46,632 nucleotides of DNA from Acidimicrobiia bacterium. GTDB taxonomy: Bacteria; Actinomycetota; Acidimicrobiia; Spongiisociales; JAHEDJ01. This document shows, piece after piece, positions 9,628 to 18,211 of this stretch. The translations under genes were made by a program, and so were the position numbers. The notes beneath the pieces are model-generated. The model saw only the letters and a list, made by a program, of their open reading frames with translations. It was not told the origin of the DNA and made no database searches. Every line of letters starts with the position of its first letter. The stretch's first letter is position 1. The stretch is from the NCBI GenBank assembly GCA_029210695.1, contig JARGFH010000028.1, forward strand, positions 1 to 46,632. Direction: 5' to 3'.

Positions 9628-10494
9628 CTACAAGGCGTACTCCCACAAGATGTCGTGATGGAGTTCCGCCCCAATTCGTTGGAATGTCTTTTCCACGAAG
9701 CCGACGGCGGGAACGAGTGCCGTGAGCCGCTCGGCCCCCATGTCGGTGGCCCGATCGAGGAGTGCTCGCGTCAGCGGATAGACGTCCTCCGGTCCGGTCG
9801 ACATCCATGACACGTGAAACGAGTCGTCATCGAACTCGCCGATGACCCAGCCGGCCGGACAACCCCAGAACCTCCGGTCCTTGGCCGCCTGGGCGAGGTC
9901 TTCGAGGCGCAGGCTGCGGAACATCCAGGAGATCGGAAAGAGACTGCGGCTGTGTCGGATGAGGTCGCCGCTCGACCAGGACAGGAAGGCGGGTTCGGCT
10001 TCGGCGGCCGGCGCCGGAGTCAGTCGTTCTTCACCCGGCACCCGTTTGCCGCCGTTTCCACTCGTGTTGGGCTGCGTCGAGCTGATCTGCCGAACCGCAT
10101 AGAACCAGGTTGAAACATCACGGTACCCGGCCTTCCGGACCTGGGCCTGAGCGGCGGTGTTCCAGGTTTCGGTAAGGAGCCTGGCGACTCGCGCTCCCTG
10201 GTCGGCCGCCCACTGATTGGCGGCCTTCGTCACTTCAGCGGCAATGCCGCGGCGCCGCGCATCAGGATGGACCCGCGCCGCGTGGAGCCAGGCCTCCTCG
10301 GACGACATCATCACAATGCGCACCATGCCGACGGGCCGGTCCGCGTCATCGGTGGCCACGAGGATGTTGGAGTTGTCGTCTTCAGCCATCCACCGGCCGA
10401 AGCTATCCGGAACGTAATCTCCCCACTCGAATGTGCCGGTCGTGAACGCGACAACGGCCGCTTCGTCATCGGGACGGGCAGGGCGAACGTTCAT
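9628..10494 (-). CDS. GNAT-family N-acetyltransferase
   Basis: Motif A (RVHPDARRRGIA) and NTAAQ..RKAGY. TAGGCT lies 7 nt before the ATG. Confidence 0.88.
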   Translation of the reverse strand: MNVRPARPDDEAAVVAFTTGTFEWGDYVPDSFGRWMAEDDNSNILVATDDADRPVGMVRIVMMSSEEAWLHAARVHPDARRRGIAAEVTKAANQWAADQGARVARLLTETWNTAAQAQVRKAGYRDVSTWFYAVRQISSTQPNTSGNGGKRVPGEERLTPAPAAEAEPAFLSWSSGDLIRHSRSLFPISWMFRSLRLEDLAQAAKDRRFWGCPAGWVIGEFDDDSFHVSWMSTGPEDVYPLTRALLDRATDMGAERLTALVPAVGFVEKTFQRIGAELHHDILWEYAL

Positions 10495-10569
10495 GGCTCC
10501 GAGCCTACCGGGCGAATGGGCTTTGAGCTGTGAGCTATGGGCAACTGGACTCCGGCACCGACGGGCCGT

Positions 10570-12336
10570 CTACATCCGTTCCGGAATGTCGATTCCCAGG
10601 AGATCCAGGACCAGTTCGAGTTGACGTAGCGTTGTGCCGACAAGAGCAAGCCATGAGCCCTGGCGGGCTGCATCGGGTTCGGACAGGATGTGGCAGTCAG
10701 CCAAGAAGCGGTTGAAATCCGCCGCGAACTCGAAGGCGTACTCGGCCAGCTGATTCGGCGCTCGGTGCTCCACTGCCCGGGCGAAAACCTCCGGCAGCCG
10801 GGTGAGCTGCAGCATCAGATTCCGCTCGGTATCCCGGCTGGCGGGAATGATCGGCCCACCGTCGAGGGCACCCTCTGCTGCCTTACGAAGGATCGACTTG
10901 GCGCGAACCGCTCCGTAGAGAAGATACGGTCCGGTCTTACCCTCGAACGAAGTGAAGCGTTCGACGTCGAAGATGTAGTTGGAGGCTCGGTGGTTGTGAA
11001 GATCCCCGAATTTCAACGCCGCCATACCAACGAGGTGTGCGATGCGGTGCCGTTCTTCCCGGGGGTATCCGGTGGCTAGTTCGTTCTCATCGAGACGCTG
11101 CGTGGCTCGCTCAACCACCATTGCGACCAGGTCGGCGAGTCGTAGGAGGTCCCCGTCCCGGGTCTTGAAGGGCTTGCCGTCCGGTCCGTTGACGGTGCCG
11201 TTTCCTGCGTGTTCGAGCACAACGTCGGGGGCGGCGATGCCGGTGAGGCGGGCGGCCCGGAATACCTGCTCGAAGTGCAGCGACTGGCGGACGTCGACCA
11301 CGTACACCATGATCCGGGCGCCGAGATCCTCGATCCGTTCCTCGATGGTGGCCAGGTCGCTCGTGCCGTACAGGTAGGCGCCGTCGGTCTTGGCCAGCAG
11401 CAGGGGTGGGATCTCTTTGGTATCGGCCTCGTCGGCGACATCGACGACGATGGCTCCATCGCTGAGCCGGGTGAGCCCTGCTCCGATGAGCCTTTCGATC
11501 ATCGGTTGGATCCGATCGTGGACGGTGCTCTCGCCGTTCCAGAGATCGAAGTGGACGCCTAGGTCTTCGTAAACCTCGCGCATGGCGTCGATCGAGACCG
11601 TCCGGAAGTGTTGCCAGAGCGCCCGGTATCCGGGCCTTCCATCCTGGAGTTCGAGGGTGGCCTGCCGGGCCGCCTCTGCGAAGGAAGCGTCGTCTTTGGC
11701 CCGTTGCGAAGCGATGGGGTACATGAGTTGGAGATCGGCGACCGATACGGGGGACTCGGCGGGATACGGTCCGGTGCCGTTTGGGTCGAAGTAGGGGAGT
11801 TCGGGCATCCGTTCGGAGAGCTCGACGATGAGTTGGCCCATGGGGGTTCCCCAATCGCCCAGGTGGACGTCTCCTGTGACCTGGTGGCCCTCGAAGCGGA
11901 GGATTCGTTTGATCGACTCGCCGATGATGGCGGGGCGGAGGTGACCGACGTGCATCTCCTTGGCCACGTTGGGTCCGCCGTAGTCGACAATGACGGAAAG
12001 CGATTCGGTCACCTTGGCGACGCCGAGGCGAGGATCGTGTGCCAGTTCATCGAGTTCGGTGGCGAGGAACTCGTCGGTCAGCGTGATGTTGATGAACCCG
12101 GGACCGGCGAGGGACAGTTCGGCAATCCGCTCGTCTCCCGAAACCACCTCGAGCACCTCTTGGGCAATCTCCCGCGGATTGCGTCCGGCCGGCTTGGCCG
12201 CCGGGAGCGCGCCGTTGCACTGAAACTGCCCCAGGTCCGGCCGCTGCGAGAAGGACACCTCGCCAAAGGCCCGATCGAGTCCGATCGAGGCGAAGGCGTC
12301 GCCAAACAGTCCGCTGAGGTCGGTGAGGAGGGACAT
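10570..12336 (-). CDS. argS: Arginine--tRNA ligase
   Basis: HIGH-type PNVAKEMHVGHLR, HLGDWG, KPFKTRDG and FEGKTGPYLLY; C-terminal LGIDIPERM. Confidence 0.97.
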   Translation of the reverse strand: MSLLTDLSGLFGDAFASIGLDRAFGEVSFSQRPDLGQFQCNGALPAAKPAGRNPREIAQEVLEVVSGDERIAELSLAGPGFINITLTDEFLATELDELAHDPRLGVAKVTESLSVIVDYGGPNVAKEMHVGHLRPAIIGESIKRILRFEGHQVTGDVHLGDWGTPMGQLIVELSERMPELPYFDPNGTGPYPAESPVSVADLQLMYPIASQRAKDDASFAEAARQATLELQDGRPGYRALWQHFRTVSIDAMREVYEDLGVHFDLWNGESTVHDRIQPMIERLIGAGLTRLSDGAIVVDVADEADTKEIPPLLLAKTDGAYLYGTSDLATIEERIEDLGARIMVYVVDVRQSLHFEQVFRAARLTGIAAPDVVLEHAGNGTVNGPDGKPFKTRDGDLLRLADLVAMVVERATQRLDENELATGYPREERHRIAHLVGMAALKFGDLHNHRASNYIFDVERFTSFEGKTGPYLLYGAVRAKSILRKAAEGALDGGPIIPASRDTERNLMLQLTRLPEVFARAVEHRAPNQLAEYAFEFAADFNRFLADCHILSEPDAARQGSWLALVGTTLRQLELVLDLLGIDIPERM

Positions 12337-12370
12337 CGTTCCAGGAATGATAGGTGACGGCACCTTCCAA

Positions 12371-12426
12371 CCCGTTTTCGCGCGGGATTCCCACCCTATA
12401 GGGGCAGATCCCCGCGCGAAAACGGG
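12371..12426. repeat. REP-like palindrome with a perfect 16-bp stem; possible terminator or RNA stabiliser
   Basis: CCCGTTTTCGCGCGGG at 12371-12386 and CCCGCGCGAAAACGGG at 12411-12426; inner CCCTATAGGG. Confidence 0.8.
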
Positions 12427-14039
12427 CTTTGGGTCACTCCGCCGTAGGGGATTCCGGTCAGGTCGGCCATCTCGCGCTTCCAGGTCGTGAGGTCTCTCGG
12501 TTCGAAACCGTGGAGGTCGGTGTGGCCGCAGGCTCTGGCCAGCACTTGCATCAGCTCGACCGAGGCCTGGAGGAATCGTGCCAGCCGCTCGGCGGCGACG
12601 CTTACCGGAAGGCGATCGCGCAGATGCTGCTGCTGGGTGGCGATTCCAACCGGGCAGTTGTTCGTGTGGCAGGCTCGCATCCCGACGCAGCCGATGGCCT
12701 GCATGGCGGCGTTGGAGATGGCGATGCCGTCGGCACCCAGCGCGAGAGCCTTGGCGAAGTCGGCCGGCGTCCGCAGACCACCCGTGATGATCAGAGTGAC
12801 CTTGCCGGAGACGCCCCGTTGGTCGAGGTGGCGTCGTGCTCTGGCGAGCGCCGGGGTAGTCGGTACGGAGATGTTATCCCGGAACAGGAGCGGGGCGGCC
12901 CCGGTGCCGCCGCCCCGTCCGTCCAGGATGACGTAGTCGACACCGATCTGGAGCGCGGCGTCGAGGTCGTCTTCGATGTGTTGGGCAGAGAGCTTGAACC
13001 CGATTGGAATTCCGCCGGTCTCGTGGCGGACGCGTTCGGCGAAAGTCCGGAAGTCGTCCAGGTCGTCGAAATCCCGAAACCGGGCAGGAGAAATGGCCGG
13101 TTCGCCCTCCGGCAAGCCGCGGACCTCGGCGATCCGGCCGCGCACCTTTTCACCGGGCAAGTGACCGCCGGTCCCGGTCTTGGCTCCCTGGCCACCCTTG
13201 AAATGGAATGCCTGGACCCCGGCCAGCTTGTCCCATGAAAACCCGAACTGAGCCGAGGCCAGCTCGTAGAAGTAGCGGGAGTTGGCTTTCTGCTCCTCCG
13301 GAAGCATTCCGCCTTCACCAGAAGCGATACCCGTCCCGGCCAGTTCAGCCCCCTTGGCCAGCGCCACTTTGGCCTCCAGCGAGAGAGCTCCGAAGCTCAT
13401 GTCCGAGACCATGATCGGGATGTCGAGGTGAAGGGGTTTGGCCGCTTGTGGGCCGACGATTAGACCGGAGCCGACCGGAACGTCGTCGAGTTGTGGGAAC
13501 CGGGCGAGTTGCGCCGTCACGAACTGGATATCGTTCCAGGACGGAAGCTGTGAGTGCGGAACGCCCATCGCCGCCAGCGGGCCGTGATGGCCGACGCGCC
13601 CGAGGCCGTGGGACGCCAGTTCCCGGATCTCAGTGACGTGTGGCTCGTCCGGCGTCCCGTGAGGGTCCTGATAAGGCCCCTGGTAAGCGGTTCGGTTGTA
13701 CGGTTGGGGATTGTCGGATTCCCATGCGGCAATCTCGTCGGCATCCACCCACACGGCACCATCCTCAACCCATGCTGAGAACTTGTGGAGGATCTCTGTG
13801 TGGTCGTAGGAGGAGACCCCGGTCTCGAACCGGTAATCCCAGTTGTGGACCCCGCACACCAGGTCGGCACCGCGGATCAATCCGTCCGCCAGCAGCGCCC
13901 CGCGATGGAGGCAGCGGCCGTAGAGCACCGAGATTCGATCGTCGAATCTGATGATTACCAGGTCAACGTTTCCGACGAGGGCATGGCTTGGATGGCGATC
14001 GCGTAGGTCATCCCACTCGGTGATCTTCAGCTGACGCAC
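12396..14039 (-). CDS. Rieske [2Fe-2S] domain fused to an FMN-binding glutamate synthase-like domain
   Basis: Rieske ligands CLH and CGVH; SDMSFGALS, GEGG, GQGAKTGTGGHLP and DGRGGGTGAAP; [3Fe-4S] motif CVGMRACHTNNCPVG. Confidence 0.92.
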   Translation of the reverse strand: MRQLKITEWDDLRDRHPSHALVGNVDLVIIRFDDRISVLYGRCLHRGALLADGLIRGADLVCGVHNWDYRFETGVSSYDHTEILHKFSAWVEDGAVWVDADEIAAWESDNPQPYNRTAYQGPYQDPHGTPDEPHVTEIRELASHGLGRVGHHGPLAAMGVPHSQLPSWNDIQFVTAQLARFPQLDDVPVGSGLIVGPQAAKPLHLDIPIMVSDMSFGALSLEAKVALAKGAELAGTGIASGEGGMLPEEQKANSRYFYELASAQFGFSWDKLAGVQAFHFKGGQGAKTGTGGHLPGEKVRGRIAEVRGLPEGEPAISPARFRDFDDLDDFRTFAERVRHETGGIPIGFKLSAQHIEDDLDAALQIGVDYVILDGRGGGTGAAPLLFRDNISVPTTPALARARRHLDQRGVSGKVTLIITGGLRTPADFAKALALGADGIAISNAAMQAIGCVGMRACHTNNCPVGIATQQQHLRDRLPVSVAAERLARFLQASVELMQVLARACGHTDLHGFEPRDLTTWKREMADLTGIPYGGVTQSPFSRGDLPL

Positions 14040-14089
14040 TGGGTTCCTCTCAGCGGCTCGCCCCGGAGGCTAGCGCCAACCAAGTCATG

Positions 14090-14146
14090 CGTTCGTGCGT
14101 CGATCCGTGGCACCATGTACCCCGAACTGACGCCAGAACGGGTTGG
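14090..14146. repeat. Imperfect REP-like palindrome related to the one at 12371
   Basis: Arms CGTTCGTGCGTCGATCC and GAACTGACGCCAGAACG. The flank reads CCAACCCGTT on the minus strand, as at 12368 on the plus strand. Confidence 0.6.
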
Positions 14147-14152
14147 AGGGGG

Positions 14153-16192
14153 CTAGTACTCCACCAGGTCCTTCGCCCGTTTGATGATGCCCTCGACGTT
14201 CGGGCGTATCTTCTCTTCGAGCACCGTGGCGAACGGGAAGGTCGGGACGTCGGGGGAGGCGTACCGTTTGACGGGAGCATCGAGGGATTCGAAAGCCCGA
14301 TCGGCGATCTGCGCGGCCACTTCGGCCCCGAAGCCCATGAACTCGTTGTCCTCATGGATGATGAGCACCCGATTGGTCTTTCGTACCGAGGCCTCGATGG
14401 TCGGCCAGTCGAGCGGCTTCAGCGAGCGCAGATCTATCACCTCGGCGTCGACGCCGTCGATCTCCAACAACGCAGCCGCTTCGAGCGTGAAGAACGCCAT
14501 CGCCCCGTAGGCGATGAGCGTCACATCCCGGCCCGGTCGCCGGATGGCTGCCTTGCCGAGCGGAATCCTGTATCTGTCGTTGGGGTACGGCCCTCGTCCC
14601 AGCCGGTAGAGCTTCTTGGGCTCGAGGAACAAGACCGGATCCGGGTCTTCAGCAGCTTCCCACAGCAACCCCTTGACGTCGGCCGGGGTCGAGGGCACGA
14701 CCACTTTCAAGCCGGGAACATGCGTGTAGAAGGCCTCCACCGACTGTGAGTGATACAACCCGCCGTTGATCCCGCCACCGTAGGGCGTCCGGATCACCAT
14801 GTTGACGTTCCAGCGTCCGTTGGTCCGGTAGTGAACTCTGGCCACTTCGGAAACGATCTGGTCGAACGCAGGATGGATGTAGTCGGCGAACTGCACCTCC
14901 GCCAGTGCCATCTTCCCGGCTGCCGACAGCCCGATACCTGCACCGACGATCAGCGATTCTGACAGGGGGGTGTTGAACGACCGGGCAGCACCGAACGTGT
15001 CGGTCAGATCCTGCGTCGCCTTGAAGACCCCGCCCTTGGGATCGGCAACATCTTCACCGAACACCACGGCCTCGGGATGCGCGGCCATGATCTCGTGCAA
15101 GGTCATGTTGATCGCCTGGATCATGTTGACCTCTTCACCACCCGGCTCCGGCTCCGGCTCGGTGGCAGCTACCGACGGGACGATCGGATTGGCATATACA
15201 TTGCTCGTCGCGTCGTCGCTGTACGGCTCGGCTTCGGCTTGCTCGACCGCGTCGGCGACCCTGGCTCGCAACTCCTGCTGGATTTCTTCCTCGAGTGCGT
15301 CCGGCAGCAAGCGAGCCTCAATCAGATATTGCTTGAGGAGGATCAGCGGGTCCCGTCTTCGCCACTGCTCCACCTCCTCCCGGCTGCGGTAGAGCTTGTC
15401 GTCGTCGTCCGACGTGTGGGCGTAGTAGCGGTAGGTGCGTGCCTCGATGAGCGTCGGCCCTTCGCCTGCTCTAGCGCGCTCGGCCGCCGATCTCGTTGCC
15501 CCGTAGACGGCGAGTGCGTCGTTGCCGTCGATCAAAGCGCCCTGGAATCCATACCCGAGTGCCCGGTCGGCGATGATGCCACCGACTTCCTCGGTCTCCG
15601 GCACCGAGATGGCGTACTGGTTGTTCTCGATGATTACGACCAACGGCAGCCGGCGAACCCCTGCGAAGTTCATCATCTCGTGCCAGTCGCCCTCTGAGGT
15701 CGATCCCTCCCCGCCGTAGACGGCGACCACTCCACCGGTCTTGTCCATCTGGAGGGCGTAGGCGATCCCGGCTGCGTGGGGATACTGCGTAGCAATGGCG
15801 GACGAGTGGCTGAACACGTTCCTGGCCGGGTCTGACCAGTGGCCGGGCATCTGCCGCCCGCCGCTGGTGACATCCGCCGCCCGGCTGAAGACCGTCATGA
15901 AGTAGTCGTATGGTGTGAATCCCCAGGCGAGCGCTACCCCGATGTCCCGGTAGTAGGGGAGTGCCCAATCGATCGTCGGATCGAGGGCAAAGGCGGACGC
16001 CACCTGAGCAGCCTCGTGCCCGGACGATGAGACGACGAACGGTGCCCGTCCTTGTCGATTCAGGGCCCAGGTCCGGTCGTCTACGATGCGCGTCAGCAGC
16101 ATCTTCCGGTACAGGTCGATCACCTGCTCGTCGCTCAAACCGAGCTCCAGGTGACTGTCCTTGATCTCCCCTACTTCCAGGTCCACTGACAC
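14153..16192 (-). CDS. Fused E1 alpha/beta 2-oxoacid dehydrogenase, probably branched-chain
   Basis: Alpha part: ThDP motif GEGSTSEGDWHE...ENNQYAIS and YRYYAHTSDDD. Beta part: GEDV..GGVF, QFADY, HSQS and DLRSLKPLD. AGGAG RBS. Confidence 0.93.
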   Translation of the reverse strand: MSVDLEVGEIKDSHLELGLSDEQVIDLYRKMLLTRIVDDRTWALNRQGRAPFVVSSSGHEAAQVASAFALDPTIDWALPYYRDIGVALAWGFTPYDYFMTVFSRAADVTSGGRQMPGHWSDPARNVFSHSSAIATQYPHAAGIAYALQMDKTGGVVAVYGGEGSTSEGDWHEMMNFAGVRRLPLVVIIENNQYAISVPETEEVGGIIADRALGYGFQGALIDGNDALAVYGATRSAAERARAGEGPTLIEARTYRYYAHTSDDDDKLYRSREEVEQWRRRDPLILLKQYLIEARLLPDALEEEIQQELRARVADAVEQAEAEPYSDDATSNVYANPIVPSVAATEPEPEPGGEEVNMIQAINMTLHEIMAAHPEAVVFGEDVADPKGGVFKATQDLTDTFGAARSFNTPLSESLIVGAGIGLSAAGKMALAEVQFADYIHPAFDQIVSEVARVHYRTNGRWNVNMVIRTPYGGGINGGLYHSQSVEAFYTHVPGLKVVVPSTPADVKGLLWEAAEDPDPVLFLEPKKLYRLGRGPYPNDRYRIPLGKAAIRRPGRDVTLIAYGAMAFFTLEAAALLEIDGVDAEVIDLRSLKPLDWPTIEASVRKTNRVLIIHEDNEFMGFGAEVAAQIADRAFESLDAPVKRYASPDVPTFPFATVLEEKIRPNVEGIIKRAKDLVEY

Positions 16193-16196
16193 TCTC

Positions 16197-17279
16197 CTAG
16201 TTGCGGTCTTCGCCGTGCCGGCGGAACCTACGAAGATCGCCGATCGTCTTCATGCGCTCCTCGGCCACCTGTACTGCCGCTAGGTGAGGGGTGCTCCCCT
16301 CGTTTCTCGCCTTCTCGAGGATGCGCGTGGTGGCATCGTGAATGCTGTCGACGTGGTGCATGGCCCGGGACTCCTGGTAGCCGCGCATTTCTTCGAAGAC
16401 ATTGATGAGACCGCCTGCGTTCACGACGAAGTCGGGAGCGTAGAGGATGCCCAACCCGGCGATCCGATCACCGTCTTCATCGGTAGCCAGTTGGTTGTTG
16501 GCGGCGCCGGCGATTATCTGTGTCGATAGTTTCGGGATCGTTTCTTCCGTCAACGACGCGCCTAGGGCACATGGAGAGAGAACATCACAGTCGACGAAGA
16601 GGATCTCCTCGGGGTCGACCGCCTTCACGCCGAAGTCCCTGGTCACCCTGTCGACCGCTGGCCCGTAGGTGTCCGCCACGATGACTTCGCACCCGGCATT
16701 GACGAGGTGTTCGACGTAGTAGTAGCCGACTTTCCCGACGCCTTGCACAGCCACCCTCCGACCGGTCAGGTCCGGCGTGTTCCAGAAGAACTCCGAGGTG
16801 GCGGTCAGGCCGGAGAAGAGCCCCCGGGCGGTAGCCGGAGAAGGATCGCCGGATCCACCTTCGGGGATCGGGATCCCCACCGCCCACAGCGTTTCGCGCC
16901 GGATCAGTTCCATGTCCTTGGCGGTGGTTCCGACGTCTTCGGCGGTGATATAGCGACCTCGGAGCGAGTCGACGATCCTGCCGTATGCCCGGAAGAGTCG
17001 CTCCGACTTGTCGGTGAATGAGTCACCGATGATGACTGCTTTCCCTCCGCCGAGATCGAGTCCTGCCGCGGCGGCCTTGTAGCTCATTCCTTTCGACAGC
17101 CGCAGGACGTCGGTCAGCGCATCCTGTTCGCTTTCATATGGATAAAAACGAAGCCCGCCGAGGGCGGGCCCGAGGGCTGTCGAGTGGATTGCGATGATGG
17201 TCTTGAGGCCGGAGCACTCGTCGTAGCCGTAGAGTACCTGCTCGTGGCCGGTCTGCTCGACCAAGTCGAATACGCCCAT
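16197..17279 (-). CDS. Leucine/valine dehydrogenase (Glu/Leu/Phe/Val dehydrogenase family)
   Basis: Motifs IAIHSTALGPALGG, GGGKAVI, TAEDVGT, GSGDPSP, GVGKVG and GAANNQL. Confidence 0.95.
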   Translation of the reverse strand: MGVFDLVEQTGHEQVLYGYDECSGLKTIIAIHSTALGPALGGLRFYPYESEQDALTDVLRLSKGMSYKAAAAGLDLGGGKAVIIGDSFTDKSERLFRAYGRIVDSLRGRYITAEDVGTTAKDMELIRRETLWAVGIPIPEGGSGDPSPATARGLFSGLTATSEFFWNTPDLTGRRVAVQGVGKVGYYYVEHLVNAGCEVIVADTYGPAVDRVTRDFGVKAVDPEEILFVDCDVLSPCALGASLTEETIPKLSTQIIAGAANNQLATDEDGDRIAGLGILYAPDFVVNAGGLINVFEEMRGYQESRAMHHVDSIHDATTRILEKARNEGSTPHLAAVQVAEERMKTIGDLRRFRRHGEDRN

Positions 17280-17383
17280 AGGCGCGCCACCCTTCACTTG
17301 CTGAATTGCACCCACATTGTAACGGGGCGACGCGGGTGAGCGCCTCGTGGCGTTGGTCAGATACGGGCCTACCATGTGGCCCC

Positions 17384-18157
17384 ATGACGGCCACCGCCTA
17401 CCTCCGCGTCTACCTTCTCGTCGAAACGCTACGCAGCGAGGGCTTGAACTTGCCTGAGGTCAGGTTCGAGCCGAGCGATTCGGTGCAGGCTGCCGCCGAC
17501 GTCGGATTGGTGCGTGGCTCGATGCGTGAGGATGTGTTGATCGCCGATTGGCGTGGGGCAAGGTATGGATGCCCGAGGCGGCCGATGTTGCGGGCGATGG
17601 AGGGTTTGCTGGCGTTTCGGAACGCCTATGCCGGAATCGGCGGCGAACTGCTGGTTCCGGAGCGCGTTGCGCGCATGGCTGCTGATCATCTCGAGGCCGT
17701 GTCAGAACAACCTCTGGCGCGGTCGTACATTCTGACTTCCCCGTGGCACGTTCCGCTCCGCTGGTTCTCTGCATTCCATTCGCCAGAGCGCGAGTTGTTC
17801 GAAGCAAACGGCTTGAAGTCGCTCCGCTACCGGACCGGTCAGCAGGAAGCCATCAATCGCCTCGAAGAGGTCATCGGCGTTCTGCGCAAGGTGGGAATGA
17901 ACGACGGCGTTGTGTCCGAAGTCGAGGAACTGGCGGAATGGATCGGGGGCTACCCGGCGGAGGCGTTGGTCGAGTTGGACTACGGGTCGGTGGCCTGCCT
18001 ATTCCAGGAAGCCGATCTGCTACTCGACGAGTCATCGGCGGACGTGTGGGAGTCGATCACGGCGCTGGCTTCCGGTGACTGGGAGAAGGCATCCGAGCAC
18101 TACATGATCGTGGCGCGCCGCTGGGCAGCTCCGATGGCGGTAGCCTTTTCCAGCTAG
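17384..18157 (+). CDS. Conserved actinobacterial hypothetical protein
   Basis: Motifs AYLRVY, WHVPLRWF and LVELDYGSVA, recalled from proteins encoded next to valine dehydrogenase in actinomycetes. TACCAT lies 8 nt before the ATG. Confidence 0.8.
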   Translation: MTATAYLRVYLLVETLRSEGLNLPEVRFEPSDSVQAAADVGLVRGSMREDVLIADWRGARYGCPRRPMLRAMEGLLAFRNAYAGIGGELLVPERVARMAADHLEAVSEQPLARSYILTSPWHVPLRWFSAFHSPERELFEANGLKSLRYRTGQQEAINRLEEVIGVLRKVGMNDGVVSEVEELAEWIGGYPAEALVELDYGSVACLFQEADLLLDESSADVWESITALASGDWEKASEHYMIVARRWAAPMAVAFSS

Positions 18158-18211
18158 CGACGGCCGGCTGCGTGCGCCCGGGCGGACGACTGCCGAGCGC
18201 CCGGGGTTTCC

